Assembly: GCA_964016885.1 (NCBI GenBank)
Contig: OZ024753.1
Span: 35,402,001-35,466,000 of the forward strand
Length of the DNA: 64,000 bases
Source: Eledone cirrhosa
Lineage: Eukaryota
Direction: 5' to 3'
Positions 56,570 through 64,000 of this stretch are shown here, piece after piece. Position numbers and translations under genes: made by a program. Within the stretch, counting starts at the first letter, position 1, and the number at the start of each line of letters is the position of its first letter. Below the pieces are notes generated by a model that saw nothing but the letters and a program-made list of their open reading frames with translations, did no database searches and was not told where the DNA came from.

Positions 56570-56602
<33 letters not shown>

Positions 56603-56712
56603 TATATATATATACACACATATATATATACACACACACATATATATATATATATATACACATACACATATATATACACACATATATATACACACACATA
56701 TATACATATACA

Positions 56713-56743
<31 letters not shown>

Positions 56744-56799
56744 GTGTGTTAAAGATGCGACTTTTTTAGTTTTCCTTAGTCCTTATGTTCCTGAAGTAA

Positions 56800-57620
56800 G
56801 AGAGTACGGCCCTTTATGATCTGAGTTCAAATCGTGCTGAAGTTAACTTTGCCTTTCATCTTCACGGGGTCAATAAAATAAAGTACGACTCACGCACTGG
56901 GGTTGATTTAATCGACTTTCCCCTCCCCCAAAATTGCTGGCCTTGTGCCTATATAAGAAACCATTGTTACATTAAAGTTTCTCACTATTCTCCGAGACAA
57001 TGGCTTTCGCCATTCTCCCAACTGGGATCACGAAACGGCTTGAGCCTTGGGTTCTGGACCTCAGAGAGTGTTCTCCCACACAGTCAAGGCCCGTATCTTT
57101 GTGGGTAGCAATGATTGAGTATTTATTCTCCCATTTGTGTTGTATTTAGACCCACTGTTATTGCTATATACTTTTATGAAGAGTGGATTGACAGTATCCG
57201 CAGAGTGTTGGACACCATACTTCGCGGTATATAGTTACGTCCCTTTACGTTCTCAGTTCAAATCCCGCCGACGTTAAGCTTTGCCTTTCATCCTTACGGG
57301 GTCGATAAAATAAATTACCAGTAACGTACTGGTGTTGATTTAATCGACTCCCCCTCCCTCCCCCCAAATTATTGGTCTTGTGCCTAAATCAGAAACAATT
57401 ATTATATATTTTTATGAACAGTGGAGCGTCAGATATCATTCTTCGCGGTATATAGTTACGTCCCTTTATGTTCTGAGTTCAAATCCCGCAGAGGTTAAGC
57501 TTTGCCTTTCATCCTTACGGGGGTCGATAAATAAAGTACCAGAAACGTATTGGGTCGATTTATTTGACCCTGCACTTCTTTCTAAATTTCTGGTCTTGTG
57601 CCTTAATCAGAAATCATTAT
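56800..57620 (+). mobile_element. Cluster of three S1-type SINEs
   Basis: B box plus TTTGCCTTTCATC body at ~56820, ~57255 and ~57475. Confidence 0.85.
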
Positions 57621-58321
57621 TTTTTAAACTTTTATCAAATACCTCCTCCACTGATAAAATGTAATAGTTTTGTAGCAGCTGTTATCAAACAAAGAGGTTT
57701 ATTTTAATTGCAAACACTGATGATGTTGTTTATTATGTTGTTGTTATTGAAGTTCTTGTTTGGGCGGTGATACTTATCTATAGTGTTGTTGTTGTTGTTT
57801 TGTCAAAGTTCAGCCTTAATTAAGCAGACTTTTTATTAAAGGCGTTCCAGCTGTGACCATATATCACATAACCAGTTGTTTTGTAATGTTTCGAGCAGGT
57901 ATAGGCAACCTTTTTCGAGCAGTGGGTTGCATAGGATGTGTTTCATCATATGACTAAACTAGTAAAAAATTGAGGCAGTTGTAATAGTAAGTTTTTTTGT
58001 TTTTTTTTGTGCAAACTAAGTAATATACCAAGTATTACCGAATTTTAACAATAAGATTTTAATGAATAGAATACATAAATCGTCTTACCTTTCAAAGTTG
58101 TAGCTGTTACTTCAACTAATGCCGCTTATGTCCTTAATAAAAGTATGATCTTCATAATTTCTATAAGCCTCCAAGGAAATGAAGAACTCCACCCCACCCT
58201 CGAGCGAGTATTTTTTGCCCTTTATATATATATATATATATATATAAAGTGCTGAAATAGTCGCTTGAGGGGGGTTTCATCTCTGATGATCTTCTGCTGT
58301 CGTCCAGCTCTCCTTAGAGTT

Positions 58322-58500
58322 TCTTACCACTATTACATTGCCATATGGTGTACCAATCAAATGCTAGCCTGAAATTACATTTAAGGTCGCACAATATAAA
58401 CCAAATTGCATATGAATTGAAAACATACTTTATATGTCAGGTCTGCAACAAAAGATACAAATCATCCGGTGTATTTAAGAAACATTATAAAATCTACAGA
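58322..58500 (+). pseudogene. Decayed pair of C2H2-type zinc fingers (ZNF pseudogene or LINE C-terminus)
   Basis: CHMVYQSNASLKLHLRSH and FICQVCNKRYKSSGVFKKHYKIY; first Cys and last His are lost. Confidence 0.45.
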
Positions 58501-59169
58501 GATGGGGGTGATTCAGGGAAGAACACTTTACCGTCAATACCCTCAAGATTCAATTGCAAAATTTATATATATCGACTGATTGTTTTATCGAACTGGGAAG
58601 GATGAAAGACGTAGTTTGGCCTCAGTCGGATTTCGACTCAGAATGTAAATAGCCAGAAAAAACACTGCAAGGCATTTTGTCTGACTCGTTAACTATTTTC
58701 CCAATGCAATCAAAAGGTTGTGAATTCAATTCTCGGACTGGGTGTTATGTTGTTTCCTTGAGCAAGACACTTTATTTCACGTTGCTCCAGTTTACTCAGC
58801 TGTAGAAATGAGATGATAGGACTGGGGTCCCTATCATTAAATCACCCAAGACACCTCCAACGAGATATACCTTGGAGGAGGCCAGCTAAACCTGCATAGG
58901 TGTGAGCTGTCACACACACACACACACACACACAATACACCACCCCCGTGTAATAAATCAAACAAAAACAAAATAATTAGACAACAAAAAGTAATTATAC
59001 ATAAATAAATAGATAAGGTTGGATAACATACATGCTTTCAGTTGGTCACACTTAGGGACTCGGCCAGATCCTTTTGAGATGGTTGCTCCATGGCAGGCGT
59101 GTCTGAGGACTCTGTCCCCACGACCCTATTAAGAAGAAGAAGTAAATTAGTGAGACATGAACATTCGAT

Positions 59170-59355
59170 GGGTTTGCAGTGTAGGTAGAGGGTCAGGCAC
59201 CATGCTTTCTAGCATAGAGTTACGTCCCTTTACGGTTTGAGTTCAAATCCTACCGAGGTTAACTTTGCCTTTCATCCTTACGGGGTCGATAAAATAAAGT
59301 ACCAGTAATGCACTGAGATAATTGCTGGCCTTGTGCCAAAAGTAGAAACAATTAT
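59170..59355 (+). mobile_element. SINE S1
   Basis: S1 consensus match. Confidence 0.88.
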
Positions 59356-59973
59356 TTATTTATATAAATGTTAGTTTTTCCCAGTCACTCGATATGTATT
59401 TAATACACAAGGTATATGGTATTAATTTATCTGCTAGCTACAAGTAGACAGAAACCAGATATAGGGGTGCATGTGGTCTGATGAAGTACGTCCTCTTAAG
59501 ACCGGTGTTGCTGGTTCGTTTTAATTTAAAATCTTATTTAATCTGGTAATTAAATAAAAATATATTTCGTTTTAAATACAAGAAGGAAAATATTTGAAAA
59601 TAATATATTTAGAAATACTGTATATTATTATTTTATGAATAAATTACAGGTTTTATTGTAAAAAATGCAAGTGTCTTTTGTGGTTATGAAAACGGAATAG
59701 AAAAGGATATACTGTGATGTTTTGGGGGTTTTTTTTTGCTAGATTTATTGTATTTATAAAGTTGTTCAGAAATTAGTGCAGGTTTTATAGTTTTATTTGT
59801 TTCAATATTTTATTAGAATAAAAATATACACCAGGTGTGTAAAATTATATAACAGTTTATTTTATGTACTTTCTTTGTACATAAACGTACATGAAACGTA
59901 TGGAACGGTTGATATTGAATTAAACAACAAACATTTTCAAGTGAAACTTTGTTGTGTAAGTCTTAATATATAT

Positions 59974-60169
59974 CAGACCTGTCAACTCTCCCCGTCCGAC
60001 GGGGGACATCTCCCACCCACCTTGGGGTGGGTGAGAGATGTCTTCTCTTGTGAAAATGGGTATAGCTTTCATTATGTAAAATCTCCCTATTTTGCCCCAT
60101 TTCTCTCCATTTTCAGGCACCTTTTTCCATGGTACTCCCCGTTTGCGTTTTCAGAGGTTGGCAGGTCTG
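59974..60169 (-). mobile_element. MITE with CAGACC TIRs and 6-bp TSD
   Basis: Reverse complement of 26547-26769; TSD ATATAT. Confidence 0.85.
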
Positions 60170-60649
60170 ATATATAGTATAGGTCTGATATATAGTATAG
60201 GTCTGATATATAGTATAGGTCTGATATATAGTATAGAGTGGTCATATAGGTATCTCCCCCAGTAAAATGACTGAATAACCTAATATATATATTATAGTCG
60301 CTGTCGATAATAATACTTTTATTATAGAGAAACTACGACAGCTGCAGCTTGATAAAGACTGTCTTCCTCATTTGGTGACTGGTGAGGTCCATGGTTGGTT
60401 ACAAAATCAGTATTTCAGGTCGGGGTTGGTTTAGTTGAAAGTGTGAGTGTAGGTTTACGGTATTTTCTGAGTGTTTTGAGTATAACTAGAGCAATCAACG
60501 AGCTTATTTTCACATACACACACATGTGTGTATGTATGTATGTATATATATATATATAATGGAAAATTTGAACAGGAACAAAACAGAGAGGCAGTACAAC
60601 GAATGTTTATTAATTTCACGCTCTTGAGAGTGGGGTGGTGGTGGGGAAC

Positions 60650-60677
60650 GACGTTTCGGGCATAAGCCCTTCCTCAG
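60650..60677 (-). ncRNA. Minimal hammerhead motif in Penelope-like P1 (element ~60560-60740)
   Basis: Minus strand CTGAGGA-A-GGGC-TTAT-GCCC-GAAAC-GTC. Confidence 0.72.
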
Positions 60678-61044
60678 GTGAGAAGTGTGTGGGAAGAGAG
60701 TTCAAAGGGTGTGTAGGGGAGTGGTGGAGATACATATAGTGAAAAGGGGGTGGGAGGAAACGGTGCGAATGAAATTAAAAATAAAAATAAAAATAAAGTA
60801 TGATCAAAATAAAATGAAATGAAATAAAAATAAATATAAAAGCATGATCAAAATTATGTGTGTGTGTTTGTGTATATATATATATACACATATACACTTA
60901 TACACGCTTTTAACTTCTTTTTTTAATATGCATATATTGTGCGTATGTGATGCATATATGTATACATATATATATGTGCGTGTATGTATATAAATCTGTG
61001 TATGTCTATGTGCATGTATGCATATACAAATATATATATGTGTG

Positions 61045-61096
<52 letters not shown>

Positions 61097-61867
61097 CGTG
61101 TGCATATATATGTGTGTGTGTACGCATATGTGTGTATGCATATATATATGTGTGTGTGTGTGTATGCATATATGTGTGTGTGTGTGTATGTGCGTGTATG
61201 CATATATGTATGTGTGTATATGCATGTACGCATATATATATATATATATATATATGTGTGTATGAGAGTGTATGCATATATGTGTGTGTATGTGCGTGTA
61301 TGCATATATATGTGTGTGTGTATGTGCGCGTACGCATACATATATATGTGTGTGTGTGTATGAGAGTGTATGCATATATGTGTGTGTGTGTGTGTATATA
61401 TATGTGTGTATGCATATATATGTGTGTGTGTGTATGCATGTGTGTGTGTGTGTGTGTGCGTGTGTGTAAAGACAGGGTTAATCCAGCTTGCTTTTAAAAA
61501 AAAAATGAATGGCATTTTTTTTACCTTTTTAACCTTATAAGTAATTTATTCATTTACATTTTTGGAGTGTCTTCAATTCAAACTATACACTGCATAGTTG
61601 TTTTGTTTTGCATTCCACCTACGTTTGTATCTTACCGATATATTTTACAAACCTGTTTAGAAGTTGTTGAATTAATTGCCATTAAACCTAAAAAACTTGT
61701 AAAACTCGTCTTTTTATTTTCCATTCGTTTGATTTCATTTTACATCAACTAATTTATTTGTTGTTATTGTTGTTGTCGTTGTTGTTGTTGTAGGAATTGG
61801 TAAGAATGTAAAGTTTAATTTCTGTGTTTCTTTATGTTATTGTTGTTGTTGTTGCTGTCGTCATCAT

Positions 61868-62290
61868 CTTCTTCTTCTTGCTCATGATCGATGGGAGTGG
61901 GCAGACCTGCCGACCTCTAAAAACCCAAACGAAAAAAAGTGCCCCCAAACGGGGAGAAATGAGGCAAAATGGGGAGATTTTATATAATGAAAGCGAGATC
62001 CATTTTCATAAGAGAAGACATCTCTCACTCACCCCAAGGTGGATAGGAGATCTCCCCGTTGGACGGTGAGAGTTGACAAGTCTTACTGGGGTCATCCTAG
62101 ATCGGCGAACCCCACAGGCGTCATCGTGTATAGAGCCGACCAGGTCCACCAGCGCTGGTGGTCCCGTGCCATCCACTCTGCCTCATCTAAGGTAACGTCG
62201 TGCCGAGCCTCTGGAGATCTTCCTTAATCACATCCAGCCATCTGGTGCAAGGTCAGCTGTGAGGCCTCATCCAGCCCGCAGCTGCTGCGT
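61868..62290 (-). mobile_element. RTE-clade LINE 3' fragment interrupted by a MITE
   Basis: Minus strand translates GW.RP...TRWLDVIKEDLQRLG...DEAEWMARDHQRW, with a stop and a frameshift; (GAA)n tail. Confidence 0.7.
61902..62084 (+). mobile_element. MITE with CAGACC TIRs and 6-bp TSD
   Basis: Same family as 26547; TSD AGTGGG / ACTGGG. Confidence 0.8.
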
Positions 62291-63639
62291 CGTTGCTGTT
62301 GTAATAATTGATAACAACGGAAATCAATCTTGTTAAGGGTGTGTATATATATGGGACTCTTAACAGCTACTAGGGTAATAGGTCACGTCGATCTGACACA
62401 CTGTGTGTTTGGGGCATTTTAAACCTGGAGGAACCCAGCTGATTTCTTAGAGAGAGAGAGGGAGAGGGTATGTGTGTGTGTGTGTGTGTGTGGAAGTGAG
62501 AAAGATATTCAGGGAAATAATTGACTCAAATACTATTTCTTATCGACATCAAAAGGATAAAAGGCAAAATTGACCTCGACTAGATTTGAACTCAGAGAGG
62601 AGAGAGAGCTGGAATGGATAGCGCAAAACATTCTCTCTGACGTTCTAACAACTCTGCCAATTCGCCACCGCCGCCTCAGTGGTCTAAAGTCTCGAACCTG
62701 GAGGTTCATCAGGCCAGAGCTTATCCCGGTTCCCATGGCGTTAAGCGACTGAGAGTAAAAGACTCACCCTCCCTTGGATAGGATATGACACCAGTCCATC
62801 ACAGGGATAATAAACCCTTAGCTATTGCTGAAACTCATTTTCAGCTGAGTATATTGGAGCAACGTGAAATGAAGTGTTTTGTTCAAGAGTGCAACACACA
62901 ACCCAGTCGAGGAATCAAACCCATGACATATTGAACATATGTCCAACACCTTTACCACTAGGCTACATGCCTTCACTGTGGTATTTAGTTGAGTTTGTTA
63001 TTTTTAGAGCAAGAATAAAGATTACTCTACAAACAGATGTGTTACAGAGCGTGAGAGCTCTGACGAATATTATCCCCCAAAAGAAAAGAATGATGTCCTA
63101 CAAGTCGATATCTTTTGTAACATAGATTATTGAAGTCTCATGATCCACTTCGGGCTCGCAGCGTTTTCAATAATGCAACAAAGATTTAGTTATTATTGAC
63201 TAAAAGAAGACTTATTTTAAATGTTGATACTTGTTTTTTTGTAAGACTAACAACATTAAGTTACATAAAGGTATTTAATAGTAAACTCACTCGACCGGTT
63301 GGCATTGAAACTGGAATGTTTTTGTGCAAAAGAGAACACAAGTGCGTGTGTGTGTTGGTCCTCCGTCGATTTTGATGACGAGCGTCCCAGTTGATCGAAC
63401 AAACGGGACAGCATGCTCGATAAACTTTAATCTGTTATTTTAATAAATATTTGCTCTACGGTTCTTATATATTTGATATATATTTATCCTTATCGAGCCC
63501 TCTTTGGATTTTAGTCTTCAAATTTATTATTATTACTATTATATATATATATATATACTTCTGGCGTCACGCAGTAATACAGAGTACCCGACCTCCCATG
63601 GGTACATGCTGAAGCATATAAACAATATGCCCCCACACC

Positions 63640-63895
63640 CCCCACCGCAAGGTGGTCGTGGAGGTGCCACGGCAAAAAAGCACCCAGCCCACACTGTAAA
63701 GTGGACGTGTAGGCGCCACGAAAAAGCACCCAGCACTCACTGTAAATGAGGTTGGTGTTAGGAAGGGCATCCAGCTGTAGAAATCAAGCCAAATCAGTTC
63801 CTGTATGAGCAAGGCATGGTCAGCCGACCAGACACTGCCCAGAACAGGACAACCCGTCTAACCCATGCTAGCGTGGAAGAACGGACGTAAAACGG

Positions 63896-63925
<30 letters not shown>
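63640..63925 (+). mobile_element. SINE S2 3' part with RTE-like (GAT)n tail
   Basis: Near-identical to 9228-9385; ends CGGACGTAAAACGG(TGA)n. Confidence 0.75.
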
Positions 63926-63926
<1 letters not shown>

Positions 63927-63960
63927 ATATATATATATATATATATATAATATTTTAAAG

Positions 63961-63997
<37 letters not shown>

Positions 63998-64000
63998 CTT

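Overview
Repeat-saturated eukaryotic non-coding DNA. The tRNA-derived SINE types, TTAGGG and dense microsatellites suggest an octopod mollusc; this is an inference, not a database result. No host protein-coding gene is supported. The only real long ORF is a 5'-truncated but uninterrupted ORF2 (RT plus C-terminal CCHC) of an L1/Tx1-clade non-LTR retrotransposon at 10164-13081, with an exact 18-bp TSD. Its family (about 3 subfamilies) appears 8 times in the window. Every copy is in the same orientation, lacks a poly(A) tail and is joined to GATAGATA, which points to a (GATA)n-microsatellite-specific retrotransposon forming tandem and nested arrays. A second system is a set of Penelope-like non-autonomous elements in or beside (TA)n tracts, with several distinct hammerhead-ribozyme folds and fold-back hairpins. 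Also present: many tRNA-derived SINEs (one rearranged with a foreign insert), RTE 3' fragments, a non-autonomous Helitron, hAT-type and Tc1-type MITEs, a ~4.8-kb 60-bp satellite with higher-order duplications, several minisatellites and a short interstitial (TTAGGG)5. All structures were read by eye, so boundaries without a TSD are approximate.
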